From a virus (Duplodnaviria > Caudoviricetes), in the IMG/VR virus record IMGVR_UViG_3300023313_000007, positions 1 through 60,791 of that record: a DNA stretch of 60,791 nucleotides; one strand, 5' to 3'. Below, piece by piece: positions 17,053 to 28,052 of this stretch. The translations under genes were made by a program, and so were the position numbers. The notes under the pieces were generated by a model. It had not been told where the DNA came from and ran no database searches. It saw only the letters and a program-made list of their open reading frames with translations. Positions within the stretch are counted from its first letter, which is position 1. Each line of letters begins with the position of its first letter.

Positions 17053-20000
17053 TGTCAGAAAACTTTGAGATTTCGCTATCCGTAAAATCTACGGTAACTA
17101 AAGATTTACAGCAAGTATCAAAGGCTTTCACCTCCCTATCTGATGCAGTAGACAAAAAAACTAAAGGTATAGCTAATACTTTTAGTAAACTTAAAGCCCC
17201 CATTACGGGGGTTATTAAAGACATTAGAGAAGTATCTAAAGCTGTTTCTAGTATTAAGACTACCAATAACTTAGGCACCCTAGCTACAGACTTAAAAGAT
17301 GTAGGAACTTCTGCTAATAGCATATCTAAACCTTTACATTCTATAAAAACTGAGTTGGGAGGATTAGGTAAAGCGTCTAACCTAGGCTCTCTAAAAACCT
17401 CTGTAGGGTCAGTTAGCACCTCTGTAACTTCCTTGCGAACCAAGGTATCTAATTTATCTGAGGCTATTCGCTCCTTAGGAAAAGGTCACAGCCTTGCCAC
17501 CTTCTCAACCACCTTAACTAAGATAAATAACAAGGTAGGCACCTTAAATACTAAAATGAAGGCTGTTAAAACTGCTTCTAATGGGGCGGCTAAGGCTATT
17601 GATAATGTTGGCAAAGCCTCTTTTGGAAAAACTAAAGATAGTGCTATGGCTTTAGCTGCATCCTTCGGGCAAGCTAAAACATCAATATCTGGGTTAGACA
17701 AGGCTTTAACAGGGATTACTAAAAAGGGTGCGTCTGCGGCCAACTCAATGGAAAAACTGGCGGATGGGGCAGCGAGAGTGTCTCGCACCACTAAAGGTCT
17801 TACTACCGCAGTAGATAGAACCAATAGGTCTGTACGCAAACTCTCATCTAATGAGCGGTTAAATAAGATGGAGAGAGGGCTACAAAATAATCATGCCGCC
17901 GCCCTAGGGTTTAAAGAAGGGATTGACCAAGTAGGCTTCTCATTATTCAAGACACAACAATCTCTAACGCTAATCGCATCCCTTACAGGTGCCGCCTTTG
18001 CCGTATCTAAAGCCTTAGAATTTGGTAGGGCTATGTCAGAGGTAGCAACTTTATTAGACGGAGGAAAAGCTCAACTAAGAGAGTACAAAGACCTCATATT
18101 AGATATGTCTAGGGCTTTAGGGTCTGCGCCTGTAGAAACAACTAAAGCTATGTACAAAGTTTTGTCTCTAGGGGCTAGGGACTCTGCGGAGGCAACGAAG
18201 GCGTTAGCTGTATCCTTGCGAGCAGCTAGGGCAGGAGCTTCTGAATTAGCTCCTACAGTAGAGCTGTTAATGTCTACGGCTAATGCGTATGGTATATCTA
18301 TAAATGATTTAGAGGCGGTTTCAGATACCTATTTTACTATAGTTAAAGGTGGTAATACCACCATGTCAGAATTAGCCACATCTATGTCTGATGTTACCCC
18401 TACAGCAGTAGCTATGGGGGTCTCCTTAGATGAAACGGCGGCATTCCTCCAAACTATGACACTAAACGGGGAAACTACATCTAAGGCTACCAATAAACTT
18501 AGAGGGGTAATGACTGCCTTAATTAAGGATACCCCAGAGCTAAATAAAATATTTAGTGCTACAGGAGGGGCAGAGGCCACTATTAGGACTAAGGGGTTAG
18601 CTGCTGCTATGAAATTAGTGACTGCGGAGACTGGTGGCTCTGTAGCGGCACTTAAATCCCTATTAGGTACAGACGAGGCAGTAGGAGCCTTCACCCTAAC
18701 ACAAGCTGAAAACTACAGGATGCTAGGAGAGGCTGCAACATCCCTAGCGGAAAAAACTGGGGCTATGGCTGCCGCCAATAAAGCATTCCTAGCAGAAGAC
18801 TCTGCCAGATGGGATATAGCCACCAATTCTATCAGTGTTTCTTTAACTTCTATGGGGGAAATTATTGTAAATAATCTACTTCCTACCCTAGAGCTACTAG
18901 CTGAGACTATACAATCCGTGGTAGATGTATTTACTTCTATGCCTATCCTAACTGACCTCATATTTACAGCCTTTAGAGTACTGGTTGGGATTATGGCAGC
19001 TAAACTCATATCTACTATAGCCTCAACAGTCTTAGGCTTTAAGAAACTAGCAGTTGTTGAGGTAGAAGCGGCTGCGGGGGCAAAAGCCTTAACTGTAGCA
19101 TTAGTGCCTGCTGTGGCACCTCTATCTATGGCAGGCAAGGTTGCCAAAGGTGCCGCTATAAGCCTTGCTTCTGTGGTGGGAGTATTTAAAGGACTGTTTA
19201 AAGTAGTCTCCGTATTTTTGAGAGCTAACCTATTAGGTCTTGCACTAACAGGGTTTTTATTCTTAGGGGACGCATTAGATGCCCTAAGAGATAAATTTCC
19301 TATGTTAGCCAAAGCTATTGGTTTGTCTTCCAGAGAGGAGATAGCTGCCCAAGAAGAAAAGGATAGGGTCTACAAGGCTTCACAAGAAACTATTAAGTCC
19401 TATTACAAAGACCATAAGACTGAGTTAATGGCCGATAAGACCCTATATGCAGCGTATGTAAAATACATGAAGGACAAGACTGTAGAAAATGCTGATGCCT
19501 TTCTAACCTTAAAAAGAGCTAAACAGGATGAGGCTAAAGCTAGTATTGCGGCTATAAAATCCAAACATGACGCGGATACTTCTTCTAGCAATGCCCAGTT
19601 AATTAAACAAATAGCTCTATATGGTGTGGCGGCTATAGCTGTGGAGGACTTTGGTAAAAGAGTGGCTGCTGCTGCTAAATCAGAGTTATCAACCTCTTTA
19701 ACCCGAGATAGAAATGCTCTAAAATTTCTTATCACTGACATGAAATCCTTAGATAAAGATACCTACACTACTAAGCTAGTGGGGGATTTGAATATCTTAG
19801 GCAAAAAGTATAAAGGTCTTGCAGATATTGCTAAAAAGGAATTTGCTAATATATCCCTTTCTGCGGGTACTGACCTAGCAAAATTTAAGGATGTGGCTAG
19901 TAACCATTTATCTAAATTTATATCCGATACCAATGCGTATATATCCCAATTAACTACGGTGTATTCCCAAGCTTCCAATAAACTTAAAACTTTGGAGAAT

Positions 20001-21269
20001 GATAGGCTAACAGCAGCTTCCAATGCGGCCTCTGTTATTGCAGGCATAGAGAGCACTTTCTTATCTTCAAATGACCGTGTAGATATTGCTCGTAAAAAGA
20101 GTGCAGGTATAAGTAGGGAACTAGCCAAAGCTAGAGTAGAAGCCGCTAAGTTAGGTGCAACTATAGATACCTCTAAAGATGCTACTGTTAGGCAAAAGGC
20201 TGCTAATGATTTAGAAACCTTAACTAAGAAAACTAAAGCCTTAGTGTCAGCCCAGAAAGCCAGAGACCCTAATGCTTTTAAAGGGCAAGAAGGATTACTA
20301 AAATCAGTAGGGACAGCCTTAATAAAGGCTAATGAATCAAAAGCTAAGTTTGTAGATGCAACTTTTGCCACTAAGCTAACCAAACAGATTAAGTTAGTTG
20401 ATAAACTTAAAGAAAGTATTATTGAAGTTCAGAAAGCTGCTGATAATAGGGAGGTTAATATTAGGCTTAAAATTGCCACGGTGCAGGAAGCAGGTGGCAA
20501 AGGCATAAAACAGATACAAGAAATAATATCTGATATGCAGTCAGAGATAGACGGTGTATCTAATGTAGCTGTGCATGTCCCTATGCGACTAGCGGCTGAA
20601 TCTAAAGACTCTTTAGCGCAAGAGGTATTGCACACCGCTGAGAATTTAAGTTTACAAGATGAAGTAACCGTTAGTGTTACTGCGGGGAAATCTGTAGATG
20701 AATTAACTAAGGAAATTGATGCCAAAGTATTTGAGTCTGCGGGTAGGGTTACGGCTGCCCCTATTAAGGTAGATGCTGAAAAAAGTGCTATGACAGAAAT
20801 GCAAAAGATTAGAGAGAAATTTGCCAGTATGAACCCTATGTTGGTTAAGGTTAAATTTAAATCCCAATTCTCTGAGGGTGGGTTAGTTTCTTCACTGAAA
20901 GCTTTTGCTACTGGAGGGTCTGTATCTGGGGAAGGTACAGGCACAAGCGATTCTATTCCTGCCATGTTATCTAATGGGGAGTTTGTAATGACTGCCGCGT
21001 CTGTTAGGCAGTATGGCCTAGGGTTTATGGATATGGTTAATAATATGTCATTACCTACCCCTGCATTCGCGGCGGGGGGATTAGTAACTCCTCCTGCTCC
21101 TGTTAGGCAACATTTCTCTAGGGGAGGGTCTGTAGCTACAGCACCTGCAAATGATACCGTCAATTTGAACTTAAATGTTGGTGGGGGTAGCTTCGCCGTC
21201 CAAGGAGCACGAGACCAAGTTAATGGGCTTGTTGATGCTCTACGGTCTGTAGGACAAGGTGCATTATGA
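17052..21269 (+). CDS. Tape measure protein
   Basis: 1405 aa, Ala/Lys-rich helical, TP901-like core (GNTTMSELA), hydrophobic middle, C-terminal FATGG...GTGTSDSIPAMLSNGEFV. Confidence 0.93.
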   Translation: MSENFEISLSVKSTVTKDLQQVSKAFTSLSDAVDKKTKGIANTFSKLKAPITGVIKDIREVSKAVSSIKTTNNLGTLATDLKDVGTSANSISKPLHSIKTELGGLGKASNLGSLKTSVGSVSTSVTSLRTKVSNLSEAIRSLGKGHSLATFSTTLTKINNKVGTLNTKMKAVKTASNGAAKAIDNVGKASFGKTKDSAMALAASFGQAKTSISGLDKALTGITKKGASAANSMEKLADGAARVSRTTKGLTTAVDRTNRSVRKLSSNERLNKMERGLQNNHAAALGFKEGIDQVGFSLFKTQQSLTLIASLTGAAFAVSKALEFGRAMSEVATLLDGGKAQLREYKDLILDMSRALGSAPVETTKAMYKVLSLGARDSAEATKALAVSLRAARAGASELAPTVELLMSTANAYGISINDLEAVSDTYFTIVKGGNTTMSELATSMSDVTPTAVAMGVSLDETAAFLQTMTLNGETTSKATNKLRGVMTALIKDTPELNKIFSATGGAEATIRTKGLAAAMKLVTAETGGSVAALKSLLGTDEAVGAFTLTQAENYRMLGEAATSLAEKTGAMAAANKAFLAEDSARWDIATNSISVSLTSMGEIIVNNLLPTLELLAETIQSVVDVFTSMPILTDLIFTAFRVLVGIMAAKLISTIASTVLGFKKLAVVEVEAAAGAKALTVALVPAVAPLSMAGKVAKGAAISLASVVGVFKGLFKVVSVFLRANLLGLALTGFLFLGDALDALRDKFPMLAKAIGLSSREEIAAQEEKDRVYKASQETIKSYYKDHKTELMADKTLYAAYVKYMKDKTVENADAFLTLKRAKQDEAKASIAAIKSKHDADTSSSNAQLIKQIALYGVAAIAVEDFGKRVAAAAKSELSTSLTRDRNALKFLITDMKSLDKDTYTTKLVGDLNILGKKYKGLADIAKKEFANISLSAGTDLAKFKDVASNHLSKFISDTNAYISQLTTVYSQASNKLKTLENDRLTAASNAASVIAGIESTFLSSNDRVDIARKKSAGISRELAKARVEAAKLGATIDTSKDATVRQKAANDLETLTKKTKALVSAQKARDPNAFKGQEGLLKSVGTALIKANESKAKFVDATFATKLTKQIKLVDKLKESIIEVQKAADNREVNIRLKIATVQEAGGKGIKQIQEIISDMQSEIDGVSNVAVHVPMRLAAESKDSLAQEVLHTAENLSLQDEVTVSVTAGKSVDELTKEIDAKVFESAGRVTAAPIKVDAEKSAMTEMQKIREKFASMNPMLVKVKFKSQFSEGGLVSSLKAFATGGSVSGEGTGTSDSIPAMLSNGEFVMTAASVRQYGLGFMDMVNNMSLPTPAFAAGGLVTPPAPVRQHFSRGGSVATAPANDTVNLNLNVGGGSFAVQGARDQVNGLVDALRSVGQGAL

Positions 21270-21646
21270 TAAGTTTAGGTGGGACAGTATTATCCCCTCA
21301 CATGCTTTGGAGCGATGAGTATGACCACTCCCCTGTAGCCCAGTCCAAGAAGATGACTATTGGGGGCAGTATGGTTCTATATAACACCCAAGTTATAGCA
21401 GGGCAGAATATTACTTTGCAGGCATTATCAGATAGAGGTTGGCTGACTAAGGCTATGATAGACTCAGTTAAGGCTATGGCTAGTGTTGTTGGGGCTACTT
21501 ACACTTTGGTGACGCACAATGGGAACTACACAGTAGCCTTTAGGCATTTCGATTCCCCTGCTGTAGTGGCCTCACCTATTTTGGCAAAAGATGTTTATAC
21601 GGCTGATGATTATTTCACCGCCACAATAAAGTTAGTTACAGTATAG
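21266..21646 (+). CDS. Distal tail protein (putative)
   Basis: Directly after TMP; LWSDEY, ITLQA...GWL. Confidence 0.6.
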   Translation: MISLGGTVLSPHMLWSDEYDHSPVAQSKKMTIGGSMVLYNTQVIAGQNITLQALSDRGWLTKAMIDSVKAMASVVGATYTLVTHNGNYTVAFRHFDSPAVVASPILAKDVYTADDYFTATIKLVTV

Positions 21647-21655
21647 GAGTTTGGA

Positions 21656-22654
21656 ATGGCTATTTTAGCAAATGAATTGGTTATGTATAAGGCAGCGTCT
21701 ATGAATGACACCCCTACTAATGGGGGCTTACTAAGTAATGCTGTAGTAACTACCGCAGCAAAAAATAATGTATTTCCCGATGTGTCTCAAGCGGATAAGT
21801 TGGCGGGTGTTACTAACCTAAGAAAAGTATTCTACAAAGTAGATAATGCTGCAAACCTCACCCTTCAAAACCCTTTCGTGTATGTTGAGAAAATTACCAA
21901 CGGCGATGATGCGCTGTATATCCATGCAGGAACAGCTAATGATACCCAAGCCGCTTTAACAGGTACTGAGAGATTATATGGAGCAGGAACTCTTACTAGC
22001 GCAGTTTTAGCGGGGGATACTACCTGTTCTATGTTATTAGAAGATGCAGCGGTAACATCTTTTGCTGATGGAGATTTAGTTAGAATATCTAATCAGCCAG
22101 ATGTAGCTACGGCGGGTACAACAGAGTACCTTACTATTGCAGTGGGTGGGGTATCATTACCTACAGGAAACACCGTTACGCTAACCTTCACTACTGCGTT
22201 TGCTAATGGGTTTGCCTTAGGGGATAAAGTAGCAGCCACTATGCCGTTATCTAATGTAGCTGCTACCGCGACTACCCCCAATATCACCAGTGCAGCAGGC
22301 ACTTTTGCGGGGGTAGCAAACCCTGTAACCCTTAATAACCTAGCTACGATTGATGACACTTGGACTATAGCTTTTACCTCCGCTACAGCCTTTTCAGTGG
22401 TTAGCTCAACTCTAGGTGCTGTAGGTGCAGGTAATACTTCCGCAGACACATCTCCTAATAACCCTGATTATGGTCAGCCTTATTTCACATTACCCTTTGC
22501 AGGGTTTGGGGGTACTTGGGTAAGTGGTGACACCTTAGTATTCACCACCTCATCTGCATCTGCTGCTATATGGTTGAAGAAGATTGTACCTGCTGGTGCT
22601 GCCTCTTTGACAGCAAACACTGCCGTAGTAGCTATTGAAGGTGAAAGTGCCTAA
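21656..22654 (+). CDS. Tail structural protein
   Basis: NGG...NNVFPDVS...RKVFYK N-terminal motif; AIWLKKIVPAGA C-terminus; beta-rich. Confidence 0.65.
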   Translation: MAILANELVMYKAASMNDTPTNGGLLSNAVVTTAAKNNVFPDVSQADKLAGVTNLRKVFYKVDNAANLTLQNPFVYVEKITNGDDALYIHAGTANDTQAALTGTERLYGAGTLTSAVLAGDTTCSMLLEDAAVTSFADGDLVRISNQPDVATAGTTEYLTIAVGGVSLPTGNTVTLTFTTAFANGFALGDKVAATMPLSNVAATATTPNITSAAGTFAGVANPVTLNNLATIDDTWTIAFTSATAFSVVSSTLGAVGAGNTSADTSPNNPDYGQPYFTLPFAGFGGTWVSGDTLVFTTSSASAAIWLKKIVPAGAASLTANTAVVAIEGESA

Positions 22655-23819
22655 TAGCCCCCTCACAGCTTCGGTATCGGCAAGCTTTTCTAAGGCTAGT
22701 GCCAACAAAATAATGACACTGGAGAAGCATGATGCTTCTCCTTCATTAGATACTCAAGAATATGTGCGGCTATACACTACTGCTAATGACCCTATGGTTA
22801 TGGTCAGCTCGGGTAACTTCAAGGCTAGTGGTAGTGGTATTGCTGAGATAACTGAAACTTTGGTGTTTGGGTTCTCTGATACGGTAGCTATATCTAAACC
22901 ATCCGCAGTAGTTACGATTACACAGCTTGGGGATGCGTATGATGGTCTAGGCTCCCCCCTAGCGTCTCCCTCGTTTACTTATGACCCTAGTACCTTAACC
23001 ATTAGGGCTAGCGAAAAAGTATTTGCAGTAGTGTCTGTTACCTACAGCTCTGCATACAGTTTATATCTAGTCACTCTGCCTAATTTAACCGATGATATTG
23101 TCATGGCAGCTATGTCCGTAATAGAATTAACATCTACTACGCTAACCTTGGCAGCGAAAGCCCCCTCTGTGGATAAAGTAGCAGAGGCTACTAGAGTTCC
23201 AATCGAGGTTGTATCTACGGGGTGGGTGTATGACTCTGCGGCAGCTATAGCACAGGCGTATGCAGAGGTATTGGTGTACACTGATACCTCCCCTTCCTTA
23301 GACTTAGTGGCAGGAAGTAAAACCTCGGGCAATCTTAACCCAGAATATTTAACCAGAGATACTGATGTCCCTAGAAGTAGCGTATTGCAGTATTCTAACT
23401 CCTTCTCTGTTCCTGTGGCTGAGCCTGTAACCTCTATATCTTCTTCCTTTGATTATGTATTGGTGGGCGAGATAAGCACCCCCCAAGGAACTATAAATGG
23501 GTTATCCCATTATATTCAGTCAGGGTACAGTTCGGTTAGAGTTGGTGTGTGGGTAGGCACTAACGGAGACAGTAGGTACGATAGGACAATATCCGTATCC
23601 CCAGATGACCAAATAATCTTTGTAAATGGCAAGAGTTATGCGCTACCTGTAACAGCAACTATTATGTATAGCTACGAAACTACGAGATATAGATACAAAC
23701 TTTATTTTGATATGCTTACTACCCCCATACCCCCTATGGGTTTGGGTGTAACAGACAACTTTAGGGGGAGGGCAGGGGTTTTAACCCTTAATCCCCCTAG
23801 TAATTCGGAGAACTCCTAA
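22635..23819 (+). CDS. Tail tip/structural protein
   Basis: Ser/Thr-rich; shares the TETLxF...SKP module with the 25664 and 27238 genes; start may be GTG 22647. Confidence 0.55.
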   Translation: MKVKVPNSPLTASVSASFSKASANKIMTLEKHDASPSLDTQEYVRLYTTANDPMVMVSSGNFKASGSGIAEITETLVFGFSDTVAISKPSAVVTITQLGDAYDGLGSPLASPSFTYDPSTLTIRASEKVFAVVSVTYSSAYSLYLVTLPNLTDDIVMAAMSVIELTSTTLTLAAKAPSVDKVAEATRVPIEVVSTGWVYDSAAAIAQAYAEVLVYTDTSPSLDLVAGSKTSGNLNPEYLTRDTDVPRSSVLQYSNSFSVPVAEPVTSISSSFDYVLVGEISTPQGTINGLSHYIQSGYSSVRVGVWVGTNGDSRYDRTISVSPDDQIIFVNGKSYALPVTATIMYSYETTRYRYKLYFDMLTTPIPPMGLGVTDNFRGRAGVLTLNPPSNSENS

Positions 23820-24097
23820 TGAGTGCGGCTATACGAGACTACACGGAAGTATCTAGGGAATATGGGGTTGTGACTGTGGCAGAGTCGGGGCTATACAGTG
23901 TCGGGTCTCAGCCCGCAGACGAGGCATCATTGAACATAGATTATGTTACTAAGGTAACTTTAGTGGACGCGGCAGGGGCTTCTATAGTACTAAACTTTGC
24001 TGCCCCTCCTGTAGCCATAGGAACTTTACTTATTAAAGAAAATCTTGATGCAAGTGGGTTGGCTAACTTAGCAACCTCTAGGCAGTCTTTCCCTTAA
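23819..24097 (+). CDS. Hypothetical virion protein
   Basis: Translationally coupled ORF in the tail module. Confidence 0.5.
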   Translation: MSAAIRDYTEVSREYGVVTVAESGLYSVGSQPADEASLNIDYVTKVTLVDAAGASIVLNFAAPPVAIGTLLIKENLDASGLANLATSRQSFP

Positions 24098-25606
24098 ATG
24101 GCTACGCTCTATAGTAATTATACCTTATTAAGCCCCTTCTCTCAGATAACAGATTGGAACTTAATAGCCTCTTATAAACAACCTGTGGGAGCATCATACC
24201 CTAATGGTGTTTATACCGTCATAGAGAGTTTAGCCCCTTATTCCGTGCGCGACCCTTATGTAGCTTTTCAATACTACTTCTACCATAGTATAGCTAGAAC
24301 CTTAACCAATGGGAGCACTGCGGTAGCCTCCATAAAAGGTAGAACTACTGCTGACGGGTTAGTGACTACAGACACTACGAACCAAAGCCCCAACACTAAC
24401 TATGGGTTTGATTTAGAGCTTAGATGGATAGACCCTGTAACCTTTGTAGATAATAGGACTTTAGCCTCTGTAGGTATTGCTGAACTTGGGGGTACAGGGT
24501 CACATTATTTACTGGGGGCATGTATTACTGATGCAGGTTATTTGGAAGCCTATGTCTACACCTATAATAGCGTGGGGGAAGTACACCACTTAACTTTATC
24601 TTTAGGAGGGACGGTAGTAGTCTCTCTTTTACCCCTTGCGACAAAAGCTCAAACTGTCCTATCTGTGGCGGGGGGGTATTACACAGGTGCAGGCAAGATA
24701 GAGTCGTACTACACCATTACAAACAGCGTAACTACCTCAGACTTACCTCCCAATGCGCCTGCGGGAACAGCATATACGGACACCAATACCGTTACTACTG
24801 AGGCATACCACTCAGTATTGGCTGGAGGATTGGAAACAAACACTTTAATAGAGACTAATGTAGTAGTTTACACTACGACAGGAGTTACTGGTGGGTCTTC
24901 AAGCACCACTGTCACAGGGGATACCTCCAATGCGATATTTGCGCCAGCCTTAGATATTGCCTTTATAGATAATGAATGGTACATGGCTATTAACCACGGG
25001 GGAGATGTAGCCTTAGCAGGGCTAGGGTCTGACGGTAAAAGTCTTAGGGGGGTAACGACCAAAACTTCGGTGCTGCCCATATTCCCATCTTTTTACCGCC
25101 CTATATTTGGGTATCAACGCCGTTACAATGAATGGTGGGATTCTAGGTCTGATGCTGAGGGGGGTATGATGTTTAGGTTTAAGGGGGTAACTATATCAGA
25201 CTCCCTTCCAGATTATGTACCTAAGATAACTTACAATATAGGGGATGCAGTTACTGGAGGGATAATATGTTTGGTAAATGGTACCCACCTAATACCCCCA
25301 AATCCTAATGTCCCAGAATGGGGTATTAGAGATAAATGGGTCTATTATGGCTACGCAGGATTTCACGGGGCGTTCCAGACCAATGCCACTGTTACGCCTA
25401 TAACATATACTCAAGCTGCATACCTAAACCCAGATAAGGCTGGGGTTTGGGAATCTATCCCAGACCACACATGGAAAGCTGATGCCACAGGGTATAACTC
25501 TGATGTGGCTATTTATAATAGAGCAGATACTCAGTATTATAAAGAATACCCTACTGATGCCGACCCCACAGTTACAGTATCCCCTAGTCAGTTAATGGAA
25601 GTTTGA
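24098..25606 (+). CDS. Tail-associated protein, possible carbohydrate-binding module
   Basis: Tyr/Thr/Gly-rich; YVPKITYNIGDAV...PNVPEW resembles CBM5/12-type motifs. Confidence 0.5.
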   Translation: MATLYSNYTLLSPFSQITDWNLIASYKQPVGASYPNGVYTVIESLAPYSVRDPYVAFQYYFYHSIARTLTNGSTAVASIKGRTTADGLVTTDTTNQSPNTNYGFDLELRWIDPVTFVDNRTLASVGIAELGGTGSHYLLGACITDAGYLEAYVYTYNSVGEVHHLTLSLGGTVVVSLLPLATKAQTVLSVAGGYYTGAGKIESYYTITNSVTTSDLPPNAPAGTAYTDTNTVTTEAYHSVLAGGLETNTLIETNVVVYTTTGVTGGSSSTTVTGDTSNAIFAPALDIAFIDNEWYMAINHGGDVALAGLGSDGKSLRGVTTKTSVLPIFPSFYRPIFGYQRRYNEWWDSRSDAEGGMMFRFKGVTISDSLPDYVPKITYNIGDAVTGGIICLVNGTHLIPPNPNVPEWGIRDKWVYYGYAGFHGAFQTNATVTPITYTQAAYLNPDKAGVWESIPDHTWKADATGYNSDVAIYNRADTQYYKEYPTDADPTVTVSPSQLMEV

Positions 25607-25663
25607 TAATCGACTTAAATGTAGGGTGGTTATAGTGTCGCGTAAAAGTTAGGAGCTACTAAT

Positions 25664-27241
25664 ATGCCAAATTTCTCAAATGTAAATTCCACAGCTCTAA
25701 ACAATGCTGCTGGAGGTGTTGTTAAAGTAGTGGCAGCTACCGCATTGGTATCGGGCATAATGGTAGCCTCATCTATTAACCTAAATTACACTTCAAAAGT
25801 TAGTGCTAGTGTGACCCTTCCACTGGGGGTAACTACCAAAGTGTCGCCCAAGGCAATCACAGTATCCTATGACATCCTTGCAAACATACCTGTAGGTTCT
25901 TCTACTACCTTAGCTATGGGCAGTTCAGTGTCCTCTAGTGTAGCATTAGACTATAGCACCCTCCCTATCGTTAAAAGCAGCGTCACCTTAGACTATAGTG
26001 TCCTCACTAAAGTAACCTCTAGCACCGTAGTAACAGCCAATTCATTAGTACCTGTCAGTGCAGGGGTATCTATGCCCTTTGATACCACAGTACCTGTAGC
26101 CCAATCCATAGCTTTAGTGGCGGACATATTAGCCCTTAACCCTGTGGCTAATGACACCGCATTATCTTGGGTTATGACTTCCCAAGCTTCCGTTAATGTT
26201 ACAAATGCTATACAGCTATTAGTGGGTAATAAGACTATCCCTATTATGTCCGCAGAAGTTAGTGCTGATGAAGGTTCTATGGGTTGGAGAGGTAGCATAT
26301 CCCTAACTAATCCTAATGATTATCTAGCTCTGCCTCTAAACACTCTATTCATCCTAGACCTACAGGGGGAGCAGTACACTTTAGTCGTAGACTCTAAGGG
26401 GGTTAATAGGTCATTCAACCAAGAGACTTATAATATCCAAGGGGTTAGCCCCGCTAACTTACAGTCCAAGCCAAGGGTTGCAGCTTTAACAAGACAGTGG
26501 AATACCCCGACCCTAGCCTCAGCTTTGGTAGGTAGTGTTTACACAGGAGTGATACATTGGAATGCCGTTGATTGGGTTATCCCTGCTAACAGGTATCAAG
26601 TGTCTAATTCTGACCCAACCACTGTAGTAAAATCTATTGCTGCGGCAGTTGGTGCTGTAGTCGATGCTCTACCTAATGGGGATTTGGTGGTTAGACCTAA
26701 ATTCCCTGTATCCCCAGAGAAGTATGCAATAACTACCCCAGCCCACATCTACACAGATTTGGTAGATAACCTGTCTATATCTGAGTCTTACAAAGTGTCT
26801 GCATTTAGTAATGACCTTGTGTTATCAGATGTGTCTTCTAGCTATAGTGATACTGTGGAGTATGTCCCAGACCCTCTAGTGGTAGGAAAAGGTATCCTTA
26901 AAGTGTATTTAACTCCTGTTAGGAGTAACTATGCTGTAAGGACGACCAAGTTTAACATTTCATTAGCCTCTACAGGCACTTCTTTAGAAGCCCATACCGA
27001 GACTATCGAGTTCTTAGATGGGGCAGCTTCTGTGTCTAAACCGATACAATCTATTAGTTCTGTAGTGTGGGGGGATGTTGATTTGGGAGGAGTGACATTT
27101 ATAAATGGAGCTACTAGCTTGTCGTCATTAACAGCTAGTAGCTCTTTAGCCACGGTTACATACACCACAATGGTATCCACCTATAGCGTTACTGGTGGCA
27201 GCTTAGGTGAGAAAGCACAATTCTTAGTAGAGGTGACATGA
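25664..27241 (+). CDS. Tail tip / hub-like protein
   Basis: N-terminal NSTALN motif, Ser/Val repeats, WNAVDWVIP and IAAAVGAVV hub-like region. Confidence 0.55.
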   Translation: MPNFSNVNSTALNNAAGGVVKVVAATALVSGIMVASSINLNYTSKVSASVTLPLGVTTKVSPKAITVSYDILANIPVGSSTTLAMGSSVSSSVALDYSTLPIVKSSVTLDYSVLTKVTSSTVVTANSLVPVSAGVSMPFDTTVPVAQSIALVADILALNPVANDTALSWVMTSQASVNVTNAIQLLVGNKTIPIMSAEVSADEGSMGWRGSISLTNPNDYLALPLNTLFILDLQGEQYTLVVDSKGVNRSFNQETYNIQGVSPANLQSKPRVAALTRQWNTPTLASALVGSVYTGVIHWNAVDWVIPANRYQVSNSDPTTVVKSIAAAVGAVVDALPNGDLVVRPKFPVSPEKYAITTPAHIYTDLVDNLSISESYKVSAFSNDLVLSDVSSSYSDTVEYVPDPLVVGKGILKVYLTPVRSNYAVRTTKFNISLASTGTSLEAHTETIEFLDGAASVSKPIQSISSVVWGDVDLGGVTFINGATSLSSLTASSSLATVTYTTMVSTYSVTGGSLGEKAQFLVEVT

Positions 27242-27753
27242 TGGCAGCATTAACAACTAGCTTGGTAGTAAATTTTGGGGGCAACACCTCTGGGATATTA
27301 AGTGCGGAGATAGACTCAAGACCTACAGGAAGGAATAAGGGTAATACCTCCTTCGTACCATCTGATACTGTATATTTTTTAGTGTACACTACTGCCAATG
27401 TTGCAAAAAACCCCATCACCTTAGATGCCTCTTACGGTGCTCCTTTGAAAGTAGGTACAGGCACAGAGGTCATTACAGAAACCTTAACCTATACTGGCAG
27501 TAATGTAGCAACCACCTCAAAGCCTATTAAGTCTGGCTTCTCTAGTTTGTGGTTAGGGAATAATGTCGGTGCAGTTACTACAAGTAATGAGAATGAGGTG
27601 CGGGTAGCGGTACTAGACCCTCTAAAAAAAGCAGGGGTACTACAGGTAACTTATACCACATCATTTGACATTTATTCTATAGCATCCCCTCTAACTATGA
27701 ATGGTTTGGCTAACTTCTCTATAGTAGTAATTATTAACGGTACAGCCACATGA
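27238..27753 (+). CDS. Tail structural protein
   Basis: TETLTY...SKP module paralogous to neighbouring genes. Confidence 0.55.
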   Translation: MMAALTTSLVVNFGGNTSGILSAEIDSRPTGRNKGNTSFVPSDTVYFLVYTTANVAKNPITLDASYGAPLKVGTGTEVITETLTYTGSNVATTSKPIKSGFSSLWLGNNVGAVTTSNENEVRVAVLDPLKKAGVLQVTYTTSFDIYSIASPLTMNGLANFSIVVIINGTAT

Positions 27754-28052
27754 TGCTGCACGCTATAAGAGGAACTGGCGGGTCTATAGGAACGCCCATA
27801 GTTGAACCCTTATTATCCACCCCATCCGCCGCCTTAGCTAGGGCAGAGTCAGAGTTTGGGACGACTGCCCACGATAAGCAGAAGGTTAATATAACTGCCC
27901 TATACAGGACTGGGTTATCCTTGGGAGACTTGGTAGAGGTGCATGATGTATCCCAAGCAAATTCTTGGAAGGGTAAGTTGCTTAGTATCAGTCATAGGGT
28001 GGATGGTGGAACTCTTGTTAGTCACCTAACCGTGGATAGATTAAATGTCTAA
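27750..28052 (+). CDS. Tail protein (hub C-terminal-like)
   Basis: AALARAE...LSLGDLVEV...ISHRV pattern typical of hub C-termini. Confidence 0.5.
   Translation: MMLHAIRGTGGSIGTPIVEPLLSTPSAALARAESEFGTTAHDKQKVNITALYRTGLSLGDLVEVHDVSQANSWKGKLLSISHRVDGGTLVSHLTVDRLNV

Noticed and set aside
17033-21163. Many minus-strand ORFs (up to 244 aa) opposite the tape measure and other genes
   Set aside because: They are antisense shadows of biased + strand codons, with no motifs or SD sites.
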